From assembly GCF_058153355.1 (NCBI RefSeq), contig NZ_CM177019.1: a stretch of DNA of 64,000 nt. The stretch is one strand, 5' to 3'. Positions 39,305-48,964 of this stretch are shown here, one piece after another. The notes beneath the pieces are model-generated. The model saw only the letters and a program-made list of their open reading frames with translations. It was not told the origin of the DNA and made no database searches. Positions within the stretch are counted from its first letter, which is position 1. Each line of letters begins with the position of its first letter. The position numbers and the translations under genes were made by a program.

Positions 39305-39334
39305 CGCGCATTAACCTTTTTGGTTGTTTTTCAT

Positions 39335-39376
39335 ACACCGCAGAGATGTTACATTGATGCGGTGTATTTGTTTTTG
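39335..39376 (+). terminator. Terminator downstream of apbC
   Basis: acaccgca…tgcggtgt stem followed by ATTTGTTTTTG. Confidence 0.5.
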
Positions 39377-39566
39377 CCGCATTAATGAACACTTATTTAA
39401 TGCTGCGAATATTCTGCGGACCTTCGTCCGAAACTCTATAAAGTCGATTGATCGTACAGGCAATGCTTCATTATCATCCTTCGTGGCTGTGTAGTGGATG
39501 TACAGCTATAGTTTGTTATGCACTCATTCTATCCAGGCATAACCTTTACTACAGGGATAACGTTCA

Positions 39567-39848
39567 ATGAATAAGTACTGGCTGTCAGGAATTATTTTTC
39601 TTGCCTATGGAATGGCTTCTCCCGCGTTCTCTTCACAGACTGCCACATTAACGATTAATGGCAGGATCAGTCCCCCAACATGCAGTATGGCTATGGTTAA
39701 TGGTCAACCTCAACAGCATTGTGGTCAGTTAACGTATGATGTTGATACCCGTCATCAGGTTTCTTCGCCAGTCAAAGGTGTGACGACAGAAGTGGTTGTT
39801 GCAGGTAGTGATAGCAAACGTCGAATCGTGTTAAATCGCTACGATTAA
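39567..39848 (+). CDS. yehE: Small exported protein preceding the fimbrial operon
   Basis: 93-aa ORF with signal peptide (…LAYGMASPAFSSQTA). Confidence 0.7.
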   Translation: MNKYWLSGIIFLAYGMASPAFSSQTATLTINGRISPPTCSMAMVNGQPQQHCGQLTYDVDTRHQVSSPVKGVTTEVVVAGSDSKRRIVLNRYD

Positions 39849-39879
39849 TTTGCCACCCTGGTTTTTTAAGCGGATTTAG

Positions 39880-39925
39880 AAAGCTGAAATCATTCGTGTG
39901 AATGATTTCAGCTTTTTTATTGATA
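39880..39925 (+). terminator. Strong Rho-independent terminator after yehE
   Basis: aagctgaaatcattc/gaatgatttcagctt long stem followed by TTTTTTATTG. Confidence 0.6.
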
Positions 39926-40143
39926 TTAATAATACCATTTAAAAAAATCTGCATTAATTAATAGATGTGATAAATATTTAATATGCTTAAGTATTTGTTG
40001 TATTTATATTGCAATAGTTAATTTGTTTTAAATCAATAAAACAATATGTTTACATTGCGGCAACTTTTTTGATGTGAGAAATTTGTTTCCAAGAGATACA
40101 GACTCTTAACAACCAAAAAATAAATTTTATTAAGGAACATATT

Positions 40144-40686
40144 ATGAAACGTTCAATTATTGCTGCCGCTGTCTTTTCTTCTTTTTTTATGAGCGCTGGG
40201 GTATTTGCCGCAGACGTTGATACCGGAACATTAACCATTAAAGGGAATATTGCAGAATCTCCGTGTAAATTCGAAGCGGGTGGCGATTCAGTAAGTATTA
40301 ATATGCCAACTGTACCAACCACTGTCTTTGAAGGTAAAGCTAAATACTCGACCTATGATGATGCAGTCGGTGTAACCAGCAGCATGTTAAAAATTAGCTG
40401 TCCGAAAGAAGTTGCTGGTGTAAAACTCTCGTTGATTACCAACGATAAAATAACCGGAAACGATAAGGCGATAGCCAGTAGCAACGATACCGTGGGGTAC
40501 TATCTCTATTTAGGTGATAACAGCGATGTCCTGGATGTTTCTGCGCCTTTTAACATTGAAAGTTATAAAACAGCGGAAGGTCAATATGCCATTCCGTTTA
40601 AAGCGAAATATCTGAAACTGACAGATAACTCAGTGCAATCAGGTGATGTGTTATCTTCTCTGGTTATGCGTGTGGCGCAGGATTAA
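40144..40686 (+). CDS. yehD: Fimbrial major subunit (chaperone-usher pathway)
   Basis: Signal peptide and fimbrial-subunit-like size and composition; AAGGAA ribosome-binding site. Confidence 0.8.
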   Translation: MKRSIIAAAVFSSFFMSAGVFAADVDTGTLTIKGNIAESPCKFEAGGDSVSINMPTVPTTVFEGKAKYSTYDDAVGVTSSMLKISCPKEVAGVKLSLITNDKITGNDKAIASSNDTVGYYLYLGDNSDVLDVSAPFNIESYKTAEGQYAIPFKAKYLKLTDNSVQSGDVLSSLVMRVAQD

Positions 40687-40720
40687 TAAATAAAATTTCA
40701 AATTTCTCCAGGTAATAAAC

Positions 40721-40750
40721 ATGGCCGCTATCCCCATGGCGGCCTTTTAA
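40721..40750 (+). terminator. Intra-operon hairpin/attenuator between the subunit and chaperone genes
   Basis: ggccgc-tatccccat-gcggcc stem followed by TTTTAATTT, between yehD and yehC. Confidence 0.4.
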
Positions 40751-40766
40751 TTTAAGAGGCATTAAG

Positions 40767-41441
40767 ATGAAAGGATTATTAGCTTTACTTATTTCTTCTA
40801 TGGTCCTTCCTGCGCATGCCGGAATTGTTATCTACGGGACGCGCATTATTTACCCGGCAGAAAATAAAGAAGTGATGGTGCAGTTGATGAACCAGGGAAA
40901 CCGTTCTTCGCTGCTGCAGGCGTGGATTGATGATGGCGATACGTCGTTACCACCAGAAAAAATTCAGGTTCCTTTCATGTTAACGCCACCAGTGGCAAAA
41001 ATAGGGGCAAATTCCGGGCAGCAAGTAAAAATCAAAATTATGTCGAATAAACTGCCCACTAATAAAGAGAGCATTTTTTATCTGAATGTTCTGGATATTC
41101 CACCAAATAGTCCAGAGCAAGAGGGCAAGAATGCACTGAAATTTGCAATGCAAAACAGAATCAAATTGTTTTACCGGCCTGCGGGTATTGCACCGGTAAA
41201 TAAAGCGACATTTAAAAAGTTACTGGTAAATCGCAGTGGCAATGGATTGGTGATAAAAAATGACTCAGCAAATTGGGTAACGATTTCGGATGTCAAAGCT
41301 AATAATGTTAAAGTCAATTATGAAATTATCATGATTGCACCATTGGAAAGTCAGAGTGTTAATGTCAAAACTAATAATGCGAATAGCTGGCATCTGACCA
41401 TTATCGATGACCATGGCAACTATATTAGTGACAAAATTTAA
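40767..41441 (+). CDS. yehC: Periplasmic fimbrial chaperone (PapD-like)
   Basis: Signal peptide (…VLPAHA) and PapD-like N-terminal sequence (GIVIYGTRIIYPAE…). Confidence 0.85.
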   Translation: MKGLLALLISSMVLPAHAGIVIYGTRIIYPAENKEVMVQLMNQGNRSSLLQAWIDDGDTSLPPEKIQVPFMLTPPVAKIGANSGQQVKIKIMSNKLPTNKESIFYLNVLDIPPNSPEQEGKNALKFAMQNRIKLFYRPAGIAPVNKATFKKLLVNRSGNGLVIKNDSANWVTISDVKANNVKVNYEIIMIAPLESQSVNVKTNNANSWHLTIIDDHGNYISDKI

Positions 41442-41456
41442 TTGCAGGAGCTACCT

Positions 41457-43937
41457 ATGTTGAGAATGACCCCACTTGCATCAGCAATCGTAGCGTTATT
41501 GCTTGGCATTGAAGCTTATGCGGCTGAAGAAACTTTTGATACTCATTTTATGATAGGTGGAATGAAAGACCAGCAGGTTGCAAATATTCGTCTTGATGAT
41601 AATCAACCCTTGCCAGGGCAGTATGAAATCGATATTTATGTCAATAAGCAATGGCGAGGGAAATACGAGGTTATCGTTAAAGATAATCACGAAGAAACAT
41701 GCCTGGAAAGGGAAATTATAAAGCGATTGGGTTTTAATACCGATAACTTTGCCAGCGGTAAGCAATGTTTAACATTTGAGCAACTTGTTCACGGTGGGAG
41801 CTATACCTGGGATATCGGAGTTTTTCGTCTCGATTTCAGTGTACCGCAGGCGTGGGTGGAAGAACTGGAAAGTGGCTATGTTCCACCGGAAAACTGGGAG
41901 CGGGGTATTAATGCGTTTTATACCTCTTATTATGTGAGTCAGTATTACAGCGACTATAAAGCGTCGGGTAATAGCAAGAGTACATATGTACGTTTTAACA
42001 GCGGGTTAAACTTACTGGGGTGGCAACTGCATTCTGATGCCAGTTTAAGTAAAACAAATAGCAATCCAGGGGTGTGGAAAAGCAATACCCTGTATCTGGA
42101 ACGTGGATTTGCCCAACTTCTCGGCACGCTTCGCGTGGGTGATATGTACACATCAAGCGATATTTTTGATTCTGTTCGCTTCAGCGGTGTGCGGTTGTTT
42201 CGTGATATGCAGATGTTGCCTAACTCGAAACAAAATTTTACTCCACGGGTGCAGGGGATTGCTCAGAGTAACGCGCTGGTAACTATTGAACAGAACGGTT
42301 TTGTGGTTTATCAGAAAGAGGTTCCTCCTGGCCCGTTTGCGATTACAGATTTGCAGTTGGCCGGTGGTGGAGCAGATCTTGATGTCAGCGTGAAAGAGGC
42401 GGACGGTTCGGTAACCACCTATCTGGTGCCTTATGCAGCAGTGCCGAATATGCTGCAACCCGGCGTGTCGAAATATGATTTTGCGGCAGGTCGTAGCCAT
42501 ATTGAAGGGGCGAGCAAACAAAGTGATTTTGTTCAGGCGGGTTATCAGTATGGTTTTAATAACTTATTGACGCTGTATGGCGGATCGATGGTCGCGAATA
42601 ATTATTACGCGTTCACTTTGGGGACTGGCTGGAATACACGCATTGGTGCCATTTCCGTCGATGCCACGAAGTCGCATAGTAAACAAGACAACGGCGATGT
42701 GTTTGACGGGCAAAGTTATCAAATTGCCTACAACAAATTTGTGAGCCAAACGTCGACGCGTTTTGGTCTGGCGGCCTGGCGTTATTCGTCGCGTGATTAC
42801 CGGACATTTAACGATCACGTTTGGGCAAACAATAAAGATAATTATCGCCGTGATGAAAACGATATCTATGACATTGCCGATTATTACCAGAACGATTTTG
42901 GCCGTAAAAATAGCTTTTCTGCCAATATGAGCCAGTCATTGCCAGAAGGCTGGGGTTCTGTGTCTTTAAGTACGTTATGGCGAGATTACTGGGGGCGTAG
43001 CGGCAGCAGTAAGGATTATCAGTTGAGTTATTCCAACAACCTGCGACGGATAAGCTATACCCTCGCGGCAAGCCAGGCTTATGACGAGAATCATCATGAA
43101 GAGAAACGTTTTAATATTTTTATATCGATTCCCTTTGATTGGGGTGATGACGTTACGACGCCTCGTCGGCAAATATATATGTCTAACTCAACGACGTTTG
43201 ATGATCAGGGTTTTGCCTCAAATAATACGGGATTATCGGGAACCTTTGGAAGCCGGGATCAATTTAACTATGGGGTCAACCTGAGTCATCAGCATCAGGG
43301 AAATGAAACGACAGCTGGAGCGAATTTAACCTGGAACGCGCCGGTTGCGACAGTGAATGGCAGTTATAGTCAGTCGAGTGCTTATCGACAAGCTGGAGCC
43401 AGTATTTCAGGGGGCATTGTCGCCTGGTCGGGTGGCGTTAATCTGGCGAACCGTCTTTCCGAAACGTTTGCTGTAATGAACGCACCTGGAATTAAAGATG
43501 CTTATGTCAATGGGCAAAAATATCGTACAACAAATCGTAATGGAGTGGTGGTATACGACGGAATGACACCTTATCGGGAAAATCACCTGATGCTGGATGT
43601 GTCGCAAAGCGATAGTGAAACAGAATTACGTGGTAACCGGAAAATTGCCGCACCTTATCGCGGCGCGGTCGTACTGGTTAATTTTGATACCGATCAGCGC
43701 AAGCCCTGGTTTATAAAAGCGTTAAGAGCGGATGGGCAACCATTAACGTTTGGTTATGAAGTCAATGATATCCACGGTCACAATATTGGTGTTGTCGGTC
43801 AGGGAAGCCAGTTATTTATTCGCACTAATGATGTACCGCCATCGGTTAATGTGGCAATTGATAAACAACAAGGGCTCTCATGCACAATCACCTTCGGTAA
43901 AGAGATTGATGAAAATAGGAACTATATTTGCCAGTAA
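41457..43937 (+). CDS. yehB: Fimbrial outer-membrane usher
   Basis: 826-aa beta-barrel usher; start at MLRMTPLASA… with GCAGGAG upstream. Confidence 0.85.
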   Translation: MLRMTPLASAIVALLLGIEAYAAEETFDTHFMIGGMKDQQVANIRLDDNQPLPGQYEIDIYVNKQWRGKYEVIVKDNHEETCLEREIIKRLGFNTDNFASGKQCLTFEQLVHGGSYTWDIGVFRLDFSVPQAWVEELESGYVPPENWERGINAFYTSYYVSQYYSDYKASGNSKSTYVRFNSGLNLLGWQLHSDASLSKTNSNPGVWKSNTLYLERGFAQLLGTLRVGDMYTSSDIFDSVRFSGVRLFRDMQMLPNSKQNFTPRVQGIAQSNALVTIEQNGFVVYQKEVPPGPFAITDLQLAGGGADLDVSVKEADGSVTTYLVPYAAVPNMLQPGVSKYDFAAGRSHIEGASKQSDFVQAGYQYGFNNLLTLYGGSMVANNYYAFTLGTGWNTRIGAISVDATKSHSKQDNGDVFDGQSYQIAYNKFVSQTSTRFGLAAWRYSSRDYRTFNDHVWANNKDNYRRDENDIYDIADYYQNDFGRKNSFSANMSQSLPEGWGSVSLSTLWRDYWGRSGSSKDYQLSYSNNLRRISYTLAASQAYDENHHEEKRFNIFISIPFDWGDDVTTPRRQIYMSNSTTFDDQGFASNNTGLSGTFGSRDQFNYGVNLSHQHQGNETTAGANLTWNAPVATVNGSYSQSSAYRQAGASISGGIVAWSGGVNLANRLSETFAVMNAPGIKDAYVNGQKYRTTNRNGVVVYDGMTPYRENHLMLDVSQSDSETELRGNRKIAAPYRGAVVLVNFDTDQRKPWFIKALRADGQPLTFGYEVNDIHGHNIGVVGQGSQLFIRTNDVPPSVNVAIDKQQGLSCTITFGKEIDENRNYICQ

Positions 43938-43952
43938 TAATCGGGTGGCTCT

Positions 43953-44987
43953 ATGAAAATTCGCATAATGTTATTTATATTAATTATGATGGTAATGCCT
44001 GTGAGTTATGCAGCATGTTATGGAGAGTTATCTGCCCAGCATAATTTTGCTGTTCAGGGGGATTTTGCACTTACTCAAACACAAATGGCAACATATGAGC
44101 ATAATTTTAATGATTCGTCATGCGTGAGTACAAATACTATCACCCCTATGAGCCCGTCGGATATTATTGTTGGACTTTATAACGATACCATTAAATTAAA
44201 TTTACATTTTGAATGGATCAATAAAAACAACATCACGTTGTCAAATAATCAGACCAGTTTCACCAATGGTTATTCGGTAACGGTGACACCTGCGGCCAGT
44301 AATGCAAAAGTGAATGTTTCTGCGGGGGGCGGCGGTTCAGTGATGATTAATGGTGTTGCGACATTATCCAGTGCTTCATCATCGACACGCGGGAGTGCTG
44401 CAGTACAATTTTTACTGTGTTTATTCGGTGGCAAGTCATGGGATGCATGTGTAAATAGCTACAGAAATGCATTGGCACAAAATGCAGGTGTCTATTCCTT
44501 TAATCTGACATTGTCATACAACCCGATAACCACAACCTGCAAACCGGACGATTTATTAATTACTTTAGAGAGTATTCCCGTTTCACAATTACCAGCTACA
44601 GGTAACAAAGCAACAATAAATAGTAACAAAGGGGATATTGTTCTGCGTTGTAAAAACTTATTAGGTCAACAAAATCAAACATCACGGAAAATGCAGGTGT
44701 ATTTATCAAGTTCTGACTTGTTAACCAACAGCAACACAATACTGAAAGGTGCGGAAGATAATGGCGTAGGATTTATTCTTGAAAGTAATGGTTCTCCAGT
44801 CACACTTTTAAATATCACTAACAGCAGTAAAGAATACACAAATTTAAAAGAAATTGCGGCAAAGTCAAAACTTACAGATACAACGGTTTCAATTCCGATA
44901 ACTGCCAGTTACTACGTCTACGATACAAATAAAATTAAATCTGGCGCACTGGAGGCAACCGCATTAATCAACGTGAAATACGACTAA
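43953..44987 (+). CDS. yehA: Fimbrial protein, adhesin-like
   Basis: 344-aa exported ORF, last gene of the chaperone-usher operon. Confidence 0.75.
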   Translation: MKIRIMLFILIMMVMPVSYAACYGELSAQHNFAVQGDFALTQTQMATYEHNFNDSSCVSTNTITPMSPSDIIVGLYNDTIKLNLHFEWINKNNITLSNNQTSFTNGYSVTVTPAASNAKVNVSAGGGGSVMINGVATLSSASSSTRGSAAVQFLLCLFGGKSWDACVNSYRNALAQNAGVYSFNLTLSYNPITTTCKPDDLLITLESIPVSQLPATGNKATINSNKGDIVLRCKNLLGQQNQTSRKMQVYLSSSDLLTNSNTILKGAEDNGVGFILESNGSPVTLLNITNSSKEYTNLKEIAAKSKLTDTTVSIPITASYYVYDTNKIKSGALEATALINVKYD

Positions 44988-45043
44988 TAACAAGCAAGAC
45001 GAGCAAGTGGCTAATAATAAAAAATAACAAGGTGTCTGCATTT

Positions 45044-45070
45044 CCCCCTCATGATGAGGGGGCTTTTTTT
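45044..45070 (+). terminator. Rho-independent terminator after yehA
   Basis: ccccctc-atgat-gaggggg stem followed by CTTTTTTT. Confidence 0.6.
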
Positions 45071-45407
45071 AGCGATGATAAAAAATCTCACCATCGTAGG
45101 CTTTAATGATTTTACCGTCGGTGTCGCTGATCAACACGTACGCGCCACCCATATAGGTCCAGTGCGTCCCGGCATCAGGCGCGGGCAGGTTACGTAACTG
45201 CCACTGCTTAATGTTGTACTCATCGGTGCGGTACATCTCTGGGACGGTATCGCCTGGTTTGAAATGCTTAAAGTCAGCAATGAAACTGCTTAACTCATAC
45301 TTAGAAATTCCCGAGGTATTGGTCGAACCCGCGGTGGCTGGTGCGGCCCAGGCGGCACTGGTAACCAGCAAAAGCACACCCAGCAACATCTTATTTTTAA
45401 TGGTCAT
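45069..45407 (-). CDS. rcnB: Periplasmic protein modulating Ni/Co efflux
   Basis: 112-aa product with signal peptide, MTIKNKMLLGVLLLVTSAAWA…; the track ORF extends 60 codons upstream of this start. Confidence 0.8.
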   Translation of the reverse strand: MTIKNKMLLGVLLLVTSAAWAAPATAGSTNTSGISKYELSSFIADFKHFKPGDTVPEMYRTDEYNIKQWQLRNLPAPDAGTHWTYMGGAYVLISDTDGKIIKAYDGEIFYHR

Positions 45408-45625
45408 AAACTCTCCACTTTGGGGATCTGTAATATCAGTCGCATATCTTTCCTGCCATACAATATAACTGACAAGCGATATTTTGTTAGTGATCCCATG
45501 ATTTCGTAAAAAGTGTAAATGAAAGGATGCCCTAAAAGCATCCTTAGCGAGCAGAGAGCCAGCGGAAATAGCTGATTTAAGAATCATCCTGGGCTGAAGA
45601 TAACATGCAAGCCTAAAGGATTGAG

Positions 45626-46447
45626 TTATCGCATTATGCCCATAAAGCCATGTACGCCCATATACACACCAACTAAGCCAATCAACAGACTGGAAAAATA
45701 GGGGGCGCGTTTAGCGAGAGTGTTAAATCCGCTCCAGCGTTTTGCGACCTGCTGAACGCTGATTGCTGCGCCAATGCCTACGGTGACCAGCGTTAACGCA
45801 AGGCCAATGCTGAAACTGACGACCAGTGTTGCGCCCAGTGTCAGGGCTTTCAACTGAATGCAAATCAACAGCACGGTAATTGCTGCCGGGCAGGGGATAA
45901 GGCCACCGGTTAAGCCAAATAACAAAATTTGCCAGTTGGTGACCTCTCTACCATCGAAGCGTCGTTTAATGTCATTGGCATGGGCTCGTGCATGAGCATC
46001 CTGATACTCCCCATGTTCGTGATGGTGATGATGTCCATGGTCGTGGTGATCTTCGTGATCGTGATGATACTCATGATCATGCCCGTGCATATTCTCCAGC
46101 CAGTTGCGTTCGCCGCGCCAGGTACGCCAGAACATCCAGAACGCGGTGCCAATAATGATCACCGCGGAAATCAACTGGAGCCACGGTTCTGCAGATTGAG
46201 CAGTAAAACGTTTGCTGATCACCATCCCGCCAAAGGCAATCAACCAGACCACCGCGGTATGCGAAATGGTTGCTGCCAGTCCGAGCATCACCGCCTGTTT
46301 AATGGTGCCTTTGATGGCGATGATAAACGCCGCCATCATCGTTTTTGAGTGCCCTGGTTCCAGGCCATGAAGCGCACCAAGTAAGATGGCGCTGGGGATG
46401 AAGAACCAGGCATTTCCTTGCTGAAGAAGAGTGGTAAATTCGGTCAT
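45626..46447 (-). CDS. rcnA: Nickel/cobalt efflux membrane protein
   Basis: Polytopic ORF with an extremely His-rich loop (HGHDHEYHHDHEDHHDHGHHHHHEHG). Confidence 0.9.
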   Translation of the reverse strand: MTEFTTLLQQGNAWFFIPSAILLGALHGLEPGHSKTMMAAFIIAIKGTIKQAVMLGLAATISHTAVVWLIAFGGMVISKRFTAQSAEPWLQLISAVIIIGTAFWMFWRTWRGERNWLENMHGHDHEYHHDHEDHHDHGHHHHHEHGEYQDAHARAHANDIKRRFDGREVTNWQILLFGLTGGLIPCPAAITVLLICIQLKALTLGATLVVSFSIGLALTLVTVGIGAAISVQQVAKRWSGFNTLAKRAPYFSSLLIGLVGVYMGVHGFMGIMR

Positions 46448-46484
46448 GATAATAATTCTTAGTATTAATTCGGCAATCCGATTC

Positions 46485-46518
46485 TACTCCCCCCCAGTAC
46501 CTGATACTACCCCCAGTA
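46485..46518. promoter_or_regulatory. Tandem RcnR operator sites in the rcnA-rcnR divergent promoter
   Basis: TACT-C7-AGTA at 46485-46499 and TACT-AC5-AGTA at 46505-46518, the G/C-tract inverted repeats described for RcnR/CsoR-family binding. Confidence 0.6.
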
Positions 46519-46566
46519 GAATAATAGTGCTATGATTTTTCATGTTCTTGTTAACCAGGTGTTGCC

Positions 46567-46839
46567 ATGTCTCATACAATCCGTGATAAACAGAAACTGA
46601 AAGCGCGTGCCAGTAAGATTCAGGGCCAGGTCGTGGCGCTCAAGAAAATGCTCGACGAGCCGCACGAATGCGCAGCTGTTCTACAACAGATTGCTGCTAT
46701 CCGTGGCGCGGTAAACGGCCTGATGCGCGAAGTGATTAAGGGGCATCTGACGGAACACATCGTTCACCAGGGGGATGAGCTAAAACGTGAAGAAGATCTG
46801 GATGTCGTTCTGAAGGTGCTGGATTCTTATATCAAATGA
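46567..46839 (+). CDS. rcnR: Ni/Co-responsive repressor (CsoR/RcnR family)
   Basis: 90-aa ORF recognised as RcnR. Confidence 0.9.
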
Positions 46840-46908
46840 AAGTGCCTAATATGGCCGTAGTTGAGGCAATAAATAGAGGGACAAGTGACGTTAAGCTGAA
46901 TTAGAGTA

Positions 46909-46932
46909 AATGGCGTGAGGACACACGCCATT
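46909..46932. terminator. Hairpin between rcnR and the convergent small-protein gene
   Basis: aatggcgtg-aggaca-cacgccatt. Confidence 0.4.
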
Positions 46933-46948
46933 CGAGGATATAGTTTGA

Positions 46949-47263
46949 TTAATTTTCGAAAAATTGCTTCACAGCCCAGCCACCATGACCACCTGGAGTT
47001 ATGAATGAAACAAAACCTTTGTCATCGACGCTCTGGATTTCTACTGTCATTGATTCATCTAACACGCGACATTTATTGGATGTAATGAGACTCAGCATAG
47101 CCTGTTGGTCATTGTCCTGGATGTAACTGATCATCTCGTAAAAGTCAGTTAACTTTTTACAGTTAAATGTACCTTCTTTAAGTGTTGCGCTGTCTCCGTG
47201 ACTTAGTGCGAATGCATTTGGCATCATTGCCACAAAGATGACGGTAACGAGTAGTTTTTTCAT
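46949..47263 (-). CDS. Small secreted hypothetical protein (104 aa)
   Basis: Signal peptide (MKKLLVTVIFVAMMPNAFA); lies in a visibly AT-rich segment. Confidence 0.55.
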   Translation of the reverse strand: MKKLLVTVIFVAMMPNAFALSHGDSATLKEGTFNCKKLTDFYEMISYIQDNDQQAMLSLITSNKCRVLDESMTVEIQSVDDKGFVSFITPGGHGGWAVKQFFEN

Positions 47264-47272
47264 TGTAGCCTC

Positions 47273-47620
47273 TTATAATTCAGAACATTCACTGATGTTG
47301 TAAGTGCCTTTTCTACCATCATCGTTTACGAGATGTAGCACGAAGATGATGGGATTGGCATCAATGAAAGATACAGAGACGTTCCCGCTTTCGGTGCTAT
47401 ACATCTTTGCAATCTGTTTTTCACCAATATATGAAAGATCCCAACTCACTCCGTTCAAGCTAAAATGCATCTGTTTGCCGTCAATATCGATGGAGGATTG
47501 TGCCGTAACGGTTTTCCCATTGCTGCCAATTTGACCCTGCTGAAGAGCATCACATTTATAGGAGCTTGCATAAGTAAATAGAGGTAGTAGCAGAAGTGCA
47601 GCAAAAATTTTACTCTTCAT
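47273..47620 (-). CDS. Small secreted hypothetical protein (115 aa)
   Basis: Signal peptide (MKSKIFAALLLLPLFTYASS), two Cys residues; 9 nt upstream of the 104-aa ORF, so probably a bicistron. Confidence 0.55.
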   Translation of the reverse strand: MKSKIFAALLLLPLFTYASSYKCDALQQGQIGSNGKTVTAQSSIDIDGKQMHFSLNGVSWDLSYIGEKQIAKMYSTESGNVSVSFIDANPIIFVLHLVNDDGRKGTYNISECSEL

Positions 47621-48258
47621 ATTTTCCCTTTGCTTGGATTTGAGTTACCTATTTTGGGGTAGTCATTATAAAACTATTAATTAGTAAAATGAACAAGTTT
47701 TCATTTGTTTAGTAATGGTATTGTTTAGGTTTGAAATTATTACGTACTTTCATAGCAATAGGTTGGATAAACAGCAGTTCAGAGAACAAGTTGCACTATC
47801 TACATACTTTCCCGCTTTCCATTGTATGTTAGGTAATAGATAGCCTTTGCCCGTAAGACTAAAAATATTAGAAATGACTCATTCGAATACCTTCTATTCA
47901 CCTTAATATAGGTTTGATTATTGTAATCGTTTAATGTGTCTTATGGATTTTTTCCTACTTTTCATTTGCATAATATAGGGGGCACAGCATGCTCTTGAAA
48001 TTAATTATTAAGATATTTAAATTTTACAGCACACAACTACTTTTCGTTGTCTTATGTGTTGAACGTACTTCGAGTATAGGTAGGGTTGTATATATATTGC
48101 GTGGGTAGAGTTAGAATAGAGGAGGCATCATTTATAGAATATTCAAGAACGTTAACCTGTGATCAATAAATAAAAATATCAAATGGTGTTCAAACATATT
48201 TTTCTATGAAAAATCCAGCCATCTATGATGAATTTTTAGATCCATTTTAATTAAAGTA

Positions 48259-48537
48259 TGATTATGAACCAATATTTAGCCAAGAATGGTGGTATAGCGC
48301 GTATCCAATGACACCGGAAAACGCATCTATGAAGTCCTTGTTTATCTCTATAAGAGGAAATCAACACTAATAAAATATAGTGATGTAACACATCGAGCAG
48401 GTTGCTCTGATGCTGGTCTTCAACTGTGGCTTAAACAGCTATCAAACTTCGGTGTTATTGAGATGAAAGAATTATCTTTCTCAACTTTCAATCTCAAAAA
48501 GCTAGAGGAAATAGACCTTAATTATTCCACTCTCTAA
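48259..48537 (+). pseudogene. Possible frameshifted gene remnant
   Basis: ATG-initiated frame MIMNQYLAKNGGIARIQ* continues after a +1 shift as …VSNDTGKRIYEVLVYLYKRKSTLIKYSDVTHRAGCSDAGLQLWLKQLSNFGVIEMKELSFSTFNLKKLEEIDLNYSTL*; no clean start or RBS for the long frame. Confidence 0.2.
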
Positions 48538-48673
48538 ACTTATCTCTTTATTTAAAGTAAAAATGAAAATATTATGGTATCAGCTACGTGGTGGTAACTG
48601 GTGTTTATGATCATAGGTACACATATACAGGGAACCCTGGAAAACAAAAGTAATATATTGATGATTTCGTTTG

Positions 48674-48913
48674 TTATAACTTCGTGGTATCAAGTCCGGC
48701 GGCTTTGAGTCGCTCGGTAAGATTTCTCATTTTGCTGAACTCTGTACCAAAGCTGGCTTTAAGTCCTACACCTTCGCAAAACTCTTTTGCCGTGACGTTT
48801 TTAAGATGGTCAGCGTATTTGATCATCTGGAGGTGCATTTCCATCGTTTGGCTATTTCGTGGTGCGCTGCTAATGGCTTGCTTAATGTTCTCGTAGATCT
48901 GGGTTTCTGTCAT
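48674..48913 (-). CDS. Hypothetical 79-aa protein
   Basis: Intact ORF (MTETQIYENIKQAISSAPRNSQ…) with AT-rich upstream region containing tandem direct repeats. Confidence 0.5.
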   Translation of the reverse strand: MTETQIYENIKQAISSAPRNSQTMEMHLQMIKYADHLKNVTAKEFCEGVGLKASFGTEFSKMRNLTERLKAAGLDTTKL

Positions 48914-48934
48914 TTTTTATCTCACCTATCAAAT

Positions 48935-48964
48935 TTAGATAAATAATATAAATTAGATAAATAA
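48935..48964. promoter_or_regulatory. Two direct repeats TTAGATAAATAA (18-bp register) just upstream of the 79-aa ORF
   Basis: Exact 12-nt repeats at 48935-48946 and 48953-48964. Confidence 0.3.

Noticed and set aside
47640-48660. About 1 kb ORF-free AT-rich stretch screened for CRISPR repeats, tRNA-like structure or an integrase attachment site
   Set aside because: No regularly spaced direct repeats, no tRNA-like cloverleaf sequence and no flanking integrase gene were evident; treated as decayed intergenic DNA.
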